Source: Candidatus Hydrogenedentota bacterium
GTDB lineage: Bacteria > Hydrogenedentota > Hydrogenedentia > Hydrogenedentales > SLHB01
Assembly: GCA_963674865.2 (NCBI GenBank)
Contig: CAXXYE010000008.1
Span: 320,001-384,000, forward strand
Length of the DNA stretch: 64,000 nt
Direction: 5' to 3'
The translations under genes were made by a program, and so were the position numbers. Numbering within the stretch: the stretch's first letter is position 1; the number at the start of each line of letters is the position of its first letter. Shown piece by piece: positions 55,557-64,000 of this stretch. The notes beneath the pieces were generated by a model. That model worked only from the letters and a program-made list of their open reading frames with translations, was not told the origin of the DNA and did not search any database.

Positions 55557-58500
55557 ATGGCAAAGAGATTTGCTGTCTGCGCGCTATTGATTGGGCTTGC
55601 CGCGCTGCCGGGTGGCGCGCGGGCGGACGATATCTTGCTGAACGGGCCATGGCGCTTCGCGTATACCAACAGCTCATCCCCGGCCGAAGTCGTGGAACGG
55701 TTCACCGTTGCGGTGATGATCCGCCCTAACCCGCAGCTTCCCACGGACGACCAGTTTGCCCTCGACATGCAGGTGCCGGGGTACTGGGATAACCAGTTGG
55801 GCTACATTCCGGAAGCTCCGTGGGGCAACAATGTTGCCTATTACGGGGGTTCAGACGCGCATCCGATTCGGTTTCCCTATCGTGGTTCAGGCCGGCCCCG
55901 CCATCCGGATGCAGGACTGCCTTTCGTGGCCGGTGTCGGCTGGTACAAGAAACAGTTTGATGTTCCCCGCGACTGGGATGGCCGCACCGTTATTCTCCGG
56001 GTAGGTGGCGCACGCGTTGATACCTACTGCTACCTGAACGGTGTATATATGGACATGCACCATGGTCACGACACGCCGGCGGAATTCGACTTGACAGGTG
56101 AATTGCTCTGCGGCGAGACCAACGAGATTGTCTTGGGCGTTGACAACGCGGTGCGCTGGATCAACAGTTGTGCGTTGCGTGGGTATAGCGGCGGGTCCGG
56201 GGGGATCTATGGCGATGTCTCTTTGCACGTGTCGGCGGGCTCCGGTCGCATCGCATCGTATTATGTGTATCCGGAGGAGGGCCTGGGACAGTTGCGGTGG
56301 CGCTCCGAGCTTACCGCCCCGGCCGGACTGCCCCGCGAAACGCGCTTGGCCTGGCGGATTGCCGACGACGCCGGGGAGACGATTCGCAGCGGCGAAATGT
56401 CGGTGCGCAATCTGGCTCCGGGCGAAGTACTCACCCCCCAATGGACCTGCACGACGGACGGCATTGAGCCCTGGAGCATCTGGGAGCCGAACCTTTACGA
56501 GATCGGGGTGCGATGGGAGAACGTAGATGGGACACCCATCGACGCCGTGAGCCGGCCGTACGGACTGCGGCGGCTTGAACAGCGAGACGGCCGGCTCTTC
56601 CTCAACGGCCGGCCCATCCTCCTACGCGGCATTTGCGAGATCTACTTCTTTCCGCCCGACATCCATCCACCGAATGACGTGGAGTACTTCCGCCAACGAC
56701 TACAACGCCTCAAAGAAGTCGGGTTCAATTTTCTCCGGTTCCACACGTGGGTCCCTATGGAGCCGTACCTGAGAGCGGCCGACGAAGTCGGTATGCTGAT
56801 GCAGCCCGAACACTCTATCAGTTCCACCCGCAACCCTCGTGACGATGCGCGCTGGGGCGAGATGATCCGTTCCTGCCGCTACCATCCGTCGGTTGTCATG
56901 TACTGCGGGGGCAACGAGGAAGTTGGCCATGAAGGGCTTATTTCGAAGTTCGCCGAGCGCTACCGCGAAGCCAAGGCTCTTGCCCCGGACGCACTTGTCA
57001 TCCCCATGCACACGATGTCCGGACCGGAATCTGAGGGTGGACGCGCCGACCTTCCCCTGCCGCCCCATTTTGAGGACGAGGACGCCTACTACGAGAGCCT
57101 ATGGGCACGCGTAACGCGGTATTCGGACGTCTTCGCGGCCAGAGCGAATGACTTCAGCTATTCCAACTTCACCGGCCGCGACTGGCGCGAAGTCGAGCCG
57201 GAATATATGCGCTATGAGCGCCCGATTCTGGCGCACGAATCCGGGATTATCGGCACGTACATCGACCTGTCGCTCGAGTCGCGCTATACCGGCACCATGC
57301 CGGCCGACCTCTACAAAGCCGCCCGCGAGTACATCACGGCGGCCGGCCGCCTCGATATGGCTCCCGTGTACTATGAGAACTCGGCCCGCTGGCACGGGCA
57401 GGCCCGGAAAGTCGTGCTCGAAAACCTGCGGAAATGCGATGTCTTCGACGGCTACGACCTCCTGGGCGCATGGGACAGCCACTGGCACAACTCGGGATAC
57501 GGATGCGGCATGTTGAACGAGTTCTTCGAGTTCAAGCCCGGCGACACACTCGAGCGCGTGCTTCAGTACAACGGAGAGAGCGTCCTGCTGCTAGACAACG
57601 CCAAGCGACACATTTTCCGTTGCGGGGAGAGCTTCGACGTGCCGGTCATGACGTCCCTCTACGGCGGCGCTGACCTGCTTAACGGGCGCCTGACGTGGCG
57701 CCTGCTCGACGACGGAAACGCGGTCCTGGATGGGCTCCTTGAAGACATCCAAGCACCGAATGGCAAGGTGGCCGAAGTGGGTAATATCGCGTTCACTTGG
57801 CCGGAACTGGATGCGCCGCGACACCTCGTGCTGGACGTCGCCCTGAAAGGCTCGGGATACGACATTACGAACCAGTGGGACTTCTGGGTGTTTCCGGGAC
57901 GCGAGGCGCCCGCCGTGTCCGCCGCCGCGGATAGCGAGGCCCTCGAACTGCTGCAAGACCGCTACCCGGGAATTCGCCCCGTGGCGGAAGCCCCGGAGGC
58001 GGCGCTCCGCATCGTGAGAACGCTCACCGAAGGCGACGTGGACCACCTCGCGGCGGACGGCGATGTGCTGTTTCTTGGCGCTAAACCGTTTCCCGCCAAC
58101 GACACCCGCTATCAGATCGGCGTGGCCGGCCGCGCGCACATGAATCTCGCCACGGTCATCAAGGAGCACCCCGCGTTCAAATACCTGCCGCACGAAGGCT
58201 GGTGCGACTGGCAGTTCAGCAAGCTCCTCGAGTACGGCAAGTGCGCCGAATTCAACAAGTTTCCCGTGACGTTCGACCCCATCGTGGAAGTCGTGAGTTC
58301 CTACAAGTACATCCGCCTGCAGTCGGCGATGTGGGAAGCCCAGACGAAGGGGGGCCGCATCTTCACGGTGTCGTTCAACCTCGACATGGACGATCCCGCT
58401 ACGGTCGCGCTTATGGACGGTGTTCTGGAGTATGTCCAGGGCGACGCTTTCCAGCCGGCAATCAGGATGTCGGTCGAGGAAGTGATACGGCCGCTGCTGG

Positions 58501-58568
58501 AGGGCGTCCGATTCAAGAGCCTCAAAGGAAACGACGGGAACTTCTACGCGGGAATGAGCCCTTTTTAG
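55557..58568 (+). CDS. Glycoside hydrolase family 2 protein
   Basis: LNGPWRF, GWYKKQF, WSIWEPNLY, YGLR, LNGRPILLRG, GFNFLRFH, HPSVVMYCGGNE, LAHE. Confidence 0.9.
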   Translation: MAKRFAVCALLIGLAALPGGARADDILLNGPWRFAYTNSSSPAEVVERFTVAVMIRPNPQLPTDDQFALDMQVPGYWDNQLGYIPEAPWGNNVAYYGGSDAHPIRFPYRGSGRPRHPDAGLPFVAGVGWYKKQFDVPRDWDGRTVILRVGGARVDTYCYLNGVYMDMHHGHDTPAEFDLTGELLCGETNEIVLGVDNAVRWINSCALRGYSGGSGGIYGDVSLHVSAGSGRIASYYVYPEEGLGQLRWRSELTAPAGLPRETRLAWRIADDAGETIRSGEMSVRNLAPGEVLTPQWTCTTDGIEPWSIWEPNLYEIGVRWENVDGTPIDAVSRPYGLRRLEQRDGRLFLNGRPILLRGICEIYFFPPDIHPPNDVEYFRQRLQRLKEVGFNFLRFHTWVPMEPYLRAADEVGMLMQPEHSISSTRNPRDDARWGEMIRSCRYHPSVVMYCGGNEEVGHEGLISKFAERYREAKALAPDALVIPMHTMSGPESEGGRADLPLPPHFEDEDAYYESLWARVTRYSDVFAARANDFSYSNFTGRDWREVEPEYMRYERPILAHESGIIGTYIDLSLESRYTGTMPADLYKAAREYITAAGRLDMAPVYYENSARWHGQARKVVLENLRKCDVFDGYDLLGAWDSHWHNSGYGCGMLNEFFEFKPGDTLERVLQYNGESVLLLDNAKRHIFRCGESFDVPVMTSLYGGADLLNGRLTWRLLDDGNAVLDGLLEDIQAPNGKVAEVGNIAFTWPELDAPRHLVLDVALKGSGYDITNQWDFWVFPGREAPAVSAAADSEALELLQDRYPGIRPVAEAPEAALRIVRTLTEGDVDHLAADGDVLFLGAKPFPANDTRYQIGVAGRAHMNLATVIKEHPAFKYLPHEGWCDWQFSKLLEYGKCAEFNKFPVTFDPIVEVVSSYKYIRLQSAMWEAQTKGGRIFTVSFNLDMDDPATVALMDGVLEYVQGDAFQPAIRMSVEEVIRPLLEGVRFKSLKGNDGNFYAGMSPF

Positions 58569-58644
58569 AGACCTTTGGCCGGCACTTGGCCGCACGCGTT
58601 TCCCGCGGCATCCCATTACGTCGTGCTTTCGGGGGGCGTGGCAG

Positions 58645-60426
58645 CTAGTTCGTCACCACGGTCACCTCGGACGTTTCCGGGTCTAGAACACGGACGGCTT
58701 CGCCGTCCCAGGCACCCGGGGATTCCACCTCGACCCCATCGACGGTCACGTCTTTGGCATGCGTGATGAGCACGGGGGCTGCGTGTTCGTGTCCCCGGGG
58801 CGCGCCGTTGTAGACCACTTTTGTGTTGCTAACTGTCACGCCGGTTGCGGAGCCCACGAACACCCCTGATCCGGGTGGGTCTATGATGGTGTTGTCCGCG
58901 ATGGTGATATCCCGCGCGGCCATGTCCTCCGCCAACTCTTGGCCCAGGCGCAGGGCGTTTACACAGATGCCGGCCCCGCGGATCGAGTCGGCATAGTGCC
59001 GGGCATAGCCCACGCCTTTGACTGTGTTGTTGCGCACGATGACGTCACGGGGGAGCGGACCCTCGGGCCAATCAGGCTCGTTGGACAAGACGATCCCGAG
59101 ACCCGCCGTGCGGTCGATCAGGTTGCCCTCGACAAGGCCCGGCCCGCCCCTGAGATAGATGGCATGCCGACGATGCAGGCGGAAGGTATTGTTGCGGATG
59201 ATGAAGCCCTCGCCGGAAGCGGACAGGTTGAAGAGCGAATCCGCATCGGTGTGGTCTTTGCCGGCCGTGATGCCTTCGATTGCCTCAGACAGCACGAGGC
59301 GCCACGTACCGCTTTCCCTGGTGGCCGACGCAGCTTTGGCCGTACCCAGCACGCGTCCGGCGCGCGGGTCGAACACGAGCAGTTCATCCCCCGGCAACAC
59401 GTGTGTCTTCGCGCCCGTCAACAGCTCGGTGGACGACACCACCTCGAGTACGTCGTTGGGCGGGCAGTAGATATTGATGCTGTCGTCGGCCATCCCCTCA
59501 AACAAGCAGTTCTCAATGATCGGGCCGACGCGATTCTGTTGGCAATGGACGCCGTCGGCGTCGAGCGTTAACAGGCGCTGCGTGCCGGGGCGGTGCAGGA
59601 TGCGCACGTTACGGACGGTGACGCGCTCGTTGGCCACGAGGGCCATGGCAAGCCCCGGCGCCGCGTGTATGGTGATGTCTTCAACACCAGAGTCCGAACA
59701 GGCGTGAAAGGAGATGATCGCTCTGCCGCCGCGTGCCATGTAGACGAAGGGGTCGCCGGGGTCCATGGCGCAGAGTTTGCCGGCCTCCCCTTCGCGCGGG
59801 AACATGCGCCAGACATTCCCCTCGATGTGCTCCCATCGTCTCATGAAAATGAAATCAGGCGCACCGGTCTTGAGGCGACGCTCGTTTCGGTCGAAGATCA
59901 TCCCCCACTTGCCGTAGGGCTCTGCGCATTCGGCGAACCAAGGCTCGGCGAGTGAGGGAAAATCGTCCTGCAGCGCGTAGTCAAAATGCCCCGCGTTGGG
60001 TTCCACCGATACAACCGTGCCTTGTGTGAACGGCGGTGGATTGTAGTCAACCGTCAGCCCGCGCACCCATGTGTTCTTGCAGGCGGTGAGCCCGAAGACG
60101 CCTATCCGGGGGTTCGTCACAAGGATCTCCGTCTTACTGGAAACGCCCCTGATGGTCAGCCCGTCGGCCTGCGAGACGAGAACACCTGTCTTGTTCGACT
60201 CCTCGTCTGCGAGGATGTATACGCCTGGCCCAAACAACACCTCGGCGCCGGGACCTGCAGCAATGGCCGCCTTCACCGCCGCACGGACAGCCGGCCCCGC
60301 ATCATCGCGGCTCCCAGCGACTGCTCCGAAGTTGTCGACCTCGAACACGTTCACGGCCGTCTCCTCCGCCCCGCAAACAAGCGCGGCAGCCATAACCGCA
60401 ACTGCCAGCATTCTTGGCATCATCAA
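58645..60426 (-). CDS. Secreted right-handed beta-helix protein (GH110 alpha-1,3-galactosidase-like)
   Basis: Signal peptide; DYNPPPFTQG, ADGVHC, IENCLFEGMADDSINI. Confidence 0.8.
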   Translation of the reverse strand: MMMPRMLAVAVMAAALVCGAEETAVNVFEVDNFGAVAGSRDDAGPAVRAAVKAAIAAGPGAEVLFGPGVYILADEESNKTGVLVSQADGLTIRGVSSKTEILVTNPRIGVFGLTACKNTWVRGLTVDYNPPPFTQGTVVSVEPNAGHFDYALQDDFPSLAEPWFAECAEPYGKWGMIFDRNERRLKTGAPDFIFMRRWEHIEGNVWRMFPREGEAGKLCAMDPGDPFVYMARGGRAIISFHACSDSGVEDITIHAAPGLAMALVANERVTVRNVRILHRPGTQRLLTLDADGVHCQQNRVGPIIENCLFEGMADDSINIYCPPNDVLEVVSSTELLTGAKTHVLPGDELLVFDPRAGRVLGTAKAASATRESGTWRLVLSEAIEGITAGKDHTDADSLFNLSASGEGFIIRNNTFRLHRRHAIYLRGGPGLVEGNLIDRTAGLGIVLSNEPDWPEGPLPRDVIVRNNTVKGVGYARHYADSIRGAGICVNALRLGQELAEDMAARDITIADNTIIDPPGSGVFVGSATGVTVSNTKVVYNGAPRGHEHAAPVLITHAKDVTVDGVEVESPGAWDGEAVRVLDPETSEVTVVTN

Positions 60427-60576
60427 GGCTCCTCTGTGTCGTGGCCGACAGCCTAGCAGAGCGGGCTCGCACCGGCAAATGCCTCATGGGGGACGGCACC
60501 AGCTCGGCCCGTGCGGCCGGACAGGCGAGATTCGGCAAGAACAGTTCCGAGTCTACTTCCCCCGCGTTGGGGCAAG

Positions 60577-62232
60577 TCAGGGATCATTGGGGAGCGCCTC
60601 CACCGCCACTTCGTTGTCGGAAGAAGCGCGGCGCAGGATGACCGTGTGATTCGCGAAGTGGTAGCGAATCTCGTCCTCCTGGGCAATCCGGTTCTCATAT
60701 TGAGCCACTGTTTCTGGGGCCGCAAAATTATCGGTGAACACGTATCGCCCCTTTCCAGTGGGCACGACGACGACCCCGCCGGTCCAGCTTTCGACTAACC
60801 CACAGCGAACCGCGAGAGGGCCCCACGCCACACACACGGCCCCTTCCTCGACGCAGCGGCGTGCGTCCTCTGCGGTTTCCGGACTCAGTTGCTTGCCTGT
60901 CAGGAAGAGCAATGGAATGTTACGAAGGAGGTCATACCCTACGTGATCGTCGAAAACCACGACGCCGTTTAGGGGAACGAAGAAGGAATGGAACGCGGCA
61001 GCTTCCGGGTCGGTGGCATACGAGGGCGTGACCTCGACATGGTGGCGCGAATCATGCTTGGGCCCTTTGGCGCCAATCTTGAAATACGCCAGCCCATCAG
61101 CGCCGGTACGCCCTCGAGTGAGTACGTTCCAGAGGCTCAACCAAGCACGGGTATCGGCATCGCCTGTCAATGTCTTCGACCCGTAGAGGCCCGGCACACC
61201 CCATGACCGTTGTCCGAAATCGCCGTCCTCGAAGCGAATGACGGCCACTTCGGGACGAATGTCGCGGAAGGTCCATGGCCGGGGATGGGCGGGCAGGTAT
61301 TCACGGCAGAAACGCTTCAGCATCTCGCCATGGGGTGTGAGTTGATACAGCCTATCCTGGTGCACATTCACCAGCGAGAAAGGCGTGCCTTGGTGGCCGG
61401 CAGGAAACAGATTGTATCCCGCCCCCTCGAGATAGACCAGGTCGGCGCCAAGCCAGTAGGCAAGGAGCAGATTGCTCCAGACCTCTTGGGGGGGGTGCCC
61501 TGGCACGAGCTGGAAATACCACATGTCGCAGTCGACCCACAAGTCACTTTCATACTGCAGTGCAGCGCCCAAGCCGTTCGCGAGGCTCACGGGTGAGTAG
61601 AACTCCTTGCAGATTTTGGGGCAAGGCGTGAACCCTTCGCGGGCCGCGGTATGCAACAAGTTCGGCCAGACGTGCGTCGCGACTACGCGCGGTGCTCCAT
61701 AGCCCCGCATCTTCGTTCTGAGACGTGCGAAACCGTTAGATGCGCCGAGCCAGGCGTCTTCCAGCGACCGGAAGTCAGTCGGGTCGGCGAATAGTCCTTC
61801 GCCGTCCGGCGGAGCGAACTCGGGGTGCAGCAGACGTATGTGGGCCAACTCATCGAACACAACCCCTTCGAAGTGTGCCGCACTTGCGGAAGCCGCGCGG
61901 ACGGTGGCTTCGCTCGGATCGCGATGGTGACAGGCCAGTGCGAAGTCCAGGCCGAGCCGCTCGCAGAGGGCGATCATGGCGGCACCTGTCTCGTCCTCCG
62001 GAAGGTCTTGGGCAGGTGTGTTGCTGACGTAGAAATTCACGAATCCGATGCCCATGTCCTTCAGAGCGTTCTCGACCGCCCCCGTAGCCGGCACTTGGGA
62101 AGACAGCTCAATCCCTACGCGGAATGAAGGTGGGCTCCCACTTCCCGTCGAAGCCGCAAGGACTATGGAAAGCAGCACAATCATCAACCGTCTCCTTACT
62201 TCCGGCGCACCCATTGAGTGATTCAGTTCCAT
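60577..62232 (-). CDS. Secreted hypothetical protein (possible TIM-barrel hydrolase)
   Basis: Long ORF with signal-like segment; FDE, CPKICKE, LAYWLGAD.VYLE; start uncertain. Confidence 0.7.
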   Translation of the reverse strand: MELNHSMGAPEVRRRLMIVLLSIVLAASTGSGSPPSFRVGIELSSQVPATGAVENALKDMGIGFVNFYVSNTPAQDLPEDETGAAMIALCERLGLDFALACHHRDPSEATVRAASASAAHFEGVVFDELAHIRLLHPEFAPPDGEGLFADPTDFRSLEDAWLGASNGFARLRTKMRGYGAPRVVATHVWPNLLHTAAREGFTPCPKICKEFYSPVSLANGLGAALQYESDLWVDCDMWYFQLVPGHPPQEVWSNLLLAYWLGADLVYLEGAGYNLFPAGHQGTPFSLVNVHQDRLYQLTPHGEMLKRFCREYLPAHPRPWTFRDIRPEVAVIRFEDGDFGQRSWGVPGLYGSKTLTGDADTRAWLSLWNVLTRGRTGADGLAYFKIGAKGPKHDSRHHVEVTPSYATDPEAAAFHSFFVPLNGVVVFDDHVGYDLLRNIPLLFLTGKQLSPETAEDARRCVEEGAVCVAWGPLAVRCGLVESWTGGVVVVPTGKGRYVFTDNFAAPETVAQYENRIAQEDEIRYHFANHTVILRRASSDNEVAVEALPNDP

Positions 62233-62460
62233 GGTCGCGCCAGGGGATGGCTGCACCTATAGGCAGCACGACGCCCCATTGGCACCAATGCGGCGGCGGG
62301 CCCATGCTCAACGCGGCATCTCGTGGCTCAAAATTGTCACATCGTCTGTATAGAATGTCGTCGCGGACTAGTTCCGCTCGGGGCATTGAGTCCGCCGAGC
62401 TGACAGGATACAGTAGCGTATGGGCGTGATCCCAGAACGGCTGCCACGCGGTCCGGGTGC

Positions 62461-62489
62461 AGGTCGCGGGTTCGAATTCTGCCCCCCTA
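62461..62489 (+). other. Isolated tRNA 3'-half relic (tRNA-fMet-like), probable att remnant
   Basis: AGGTCGCGGGTTCGAATTCTGCCCCC matches the tRNA-fMet 3' half at 24/26, then CTA after a 1-nt gap. Confidence 0.6.
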
Positions 62490-62536
62490 GATGTCGATAT
62501 GAGGAGAGCGGAAGGTTGGGTTTCTTGAAATCGGGC

Positions 62537-64000
62537 ATGCAGGAGTCGGTCTTTCTTCCGCGTGCCAACAGTGTCAAAACGAAGGAGGCATCAAGGCGTC
62601 TGTGGGGGCGCTGTGCGACCATTTTGATGGGCTTCATGCTGGTGTGTCACGCCGCGAGTTTTGGTGAAGAGGCCGTGTTCGTTGCCGTCAATGACGACGA
62701 GCCCGGGGCGACCCCGGGGGTGCGGCCATATGAGATGGAGTGGGCGGACCGGAACGCCCCAGCTCATGAGCAACTGGTCGATTTTGAGGATCTGAGCGGT
62801 TGGCGCGTTCGGTGCACTGGCGGGGCGGAGGCGATGGCCTACCGATCCCGCCAAGAGTTGCTTTTCGGTGATTACACGGTCAAGGTCGTGTATACGGGTA
62901 CATCCGAGCGAAGCAGCTTCGTGCTTCAACCACCTGACCCGATTGCGATACCCACCCTCTCCAACGCTGTCAACCTTTGGGTGCGCGGCAACAACTGGAG
63001 GTGGGAGAACCCACCCAGAACCGCGCGGACGGAGGTCTTCGTAATCTTGTCTGACAGCGACGGCGCACTATACCGACTCAACCTGGGTGTGAACGACTTC
63101 GACTACTGGTTTCTCTTCCATAGCCCCCTGACGACCCCCGACGGAAGAACGCCCCTTTACCAAGCCATAGGCAAATCGACTGAAAGTCCTCTGCCCCGGC
63201 CGGTGTTCTTTGAAGGCATCGAGGTCAGCGGTTGCTCGAATGCCGAGCCCGGGGCGCTACACTTCGATGCCTTATCCTTTTACCAAACAGAGCAGTCTCC
63301 TCTGGTGTTTGCGCCATTGTCGGAAGTCCTCGACTGGCCCACCACGCCCGACACCATCCTGCCAACGGTAAAGGACGAGAATGGTCCCGCTCCCGTGTTC
63401 GAATACACACCGTCCGACGGCACGTTGGGCGACCTGACCGTCACGATTGACGGACGGACATTCCAACCGTGTCTCAAAGGAGGCGTTCGCTTCGAAGTAG
63501 ACGGGCGGACGCTCCTAGCAGGACACCCCGAGTTTGCGCCTCGTTTCGTTGGGGAACGCGAGGAAGGGGGCAAGCGGTACTATGACTGGGAACTGACGGC
63601 AGACGGCGTATCGCTCAAGTACACGTTTGGCCTTGAAGTCAAAGGCAAATCCTGCATCATCGATGTTACTGCGGAAGACGGGTATGCCCTCCAGTTGGAC
63701 ATCGGCCTTCAAAAAGGCCTGCCTCGGGCCAAGACCGTGAAGGTGCCCTATCTGACGTATTCCTGGGATGGCTGGCCGAGGGTAGTCTGTGGCGAAGGCG
63801 ACAGCGGTCCGATCTTCTTGCTCGCGTTGATGGACCCCTACAACTCGGATGCTTCGGAACTGTTCGGCCCGGCGGATCTCACCGCGCCGGGAGCCCTCGG
63901 TTACACCGGAGGCGCCCGCTACCGGCCTACGACGGCCGGAGTCCGGAACCCGATGTATGAACGGATCTTCGTGAATGTGAGTTCGGACGTGCAGGAAGTG
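62537..64000 (+). CDS. Large secreted hypothetical protein, 3'-partial (absent from ORF track because its stop lies outside the window)
   Basis: ATG 62537 is in frame with ..MLVCHAASFGEE..RPYEMEWADR..DFEDLSGW.. and with PMYERIFVNVSSDVQEV at the window end; signal-like N-terminus. Confidence 0.8.
   Translation, partial: MQESVFLPRANSVKTKEASRRLWGRCATILMGFMLVCHAASFGEEAVFVAVNDDEPGATPGVRPYEMEWADRNAPAHEQLVDFEDLSGWRVRCTGGAEAMAYRSRQELLFGDYTVKVVYTGTSERSSFVLQPPDPIAIPTLSNAVNLWVRGNNWRWENPPRTARTEVFVILSDSDGALYRLNLGVNDFDYWFLFHSPLTTPDGRTPLYQAIGKSTESPLPRPVFFEGIEVSGCSNAEPGALHFDALSFYQTEQSPLVFAPLSEVLDWPTTPDTILPTVKDENGPAPVFEYTPSDGTLGDLTVTIDGRTFQPCLKGGVRFEVDGRTLLAGHPEFAPRFVGEREEGGKRYYDWELTADGVSLKYTFGLEVKGKSCIIDVTAEDGYALQLDIGLQKGLPRAKTVKVPYLTYSWDGWPRVVCGEGDSGPIFLLALMDPYNSDASELFGPADLTAPGALGYTGGARYRPTTAGVRNPMYERIFVNVSSDVQEV

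Overview
GC-rich bacterial window. The gene repertoire (minimal flagellin, sulfatases, ELWxxDGT protein, many secreted glycosidase-like proteins) resembles Hydrogenedentota/PVC-type genomes; this taxonomy is inference only. Layout: (1) 1-7175 is a decaying island hanging off the 3' end of tRNA-fMet. It holds stacked IS ends, an IS3 pseudogene, two beta-propeller hydrolases, a TGT...ACA IS481-like element with a passenger gene, and a truncated integrase. (2) About 7.3-45.6 kb is a mostly housekeeping core: serine hydrolase-NamZ fusion, GT-C/sulfatase-like pair, class II photolyase, GH127-like, glycosyltransferases, flagellin, GH28-like, B12 radical SAM plus DegT, hslV, two tandem leuB-family genes and an EamA transporter. 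It also contains an unannotated ~198-nt structured RNA candidate. (3) From tRNA-Asn (45552-45627) to the end is a second accessory region with gene and tRNA relics and large secreted carbohydrate-active proteins. The most unusual items are a tandem-duplicated tRNA-Asn copy interrupted by three palindromic insertions, the 198-nt RNA candidate, the cargo-carrying IS, and an apparently frameshift-split GT-C/sulfatase fusion. No CRISPR array or rRNA was seen, and no clearly new multi-gene system could be established from sequence alone.
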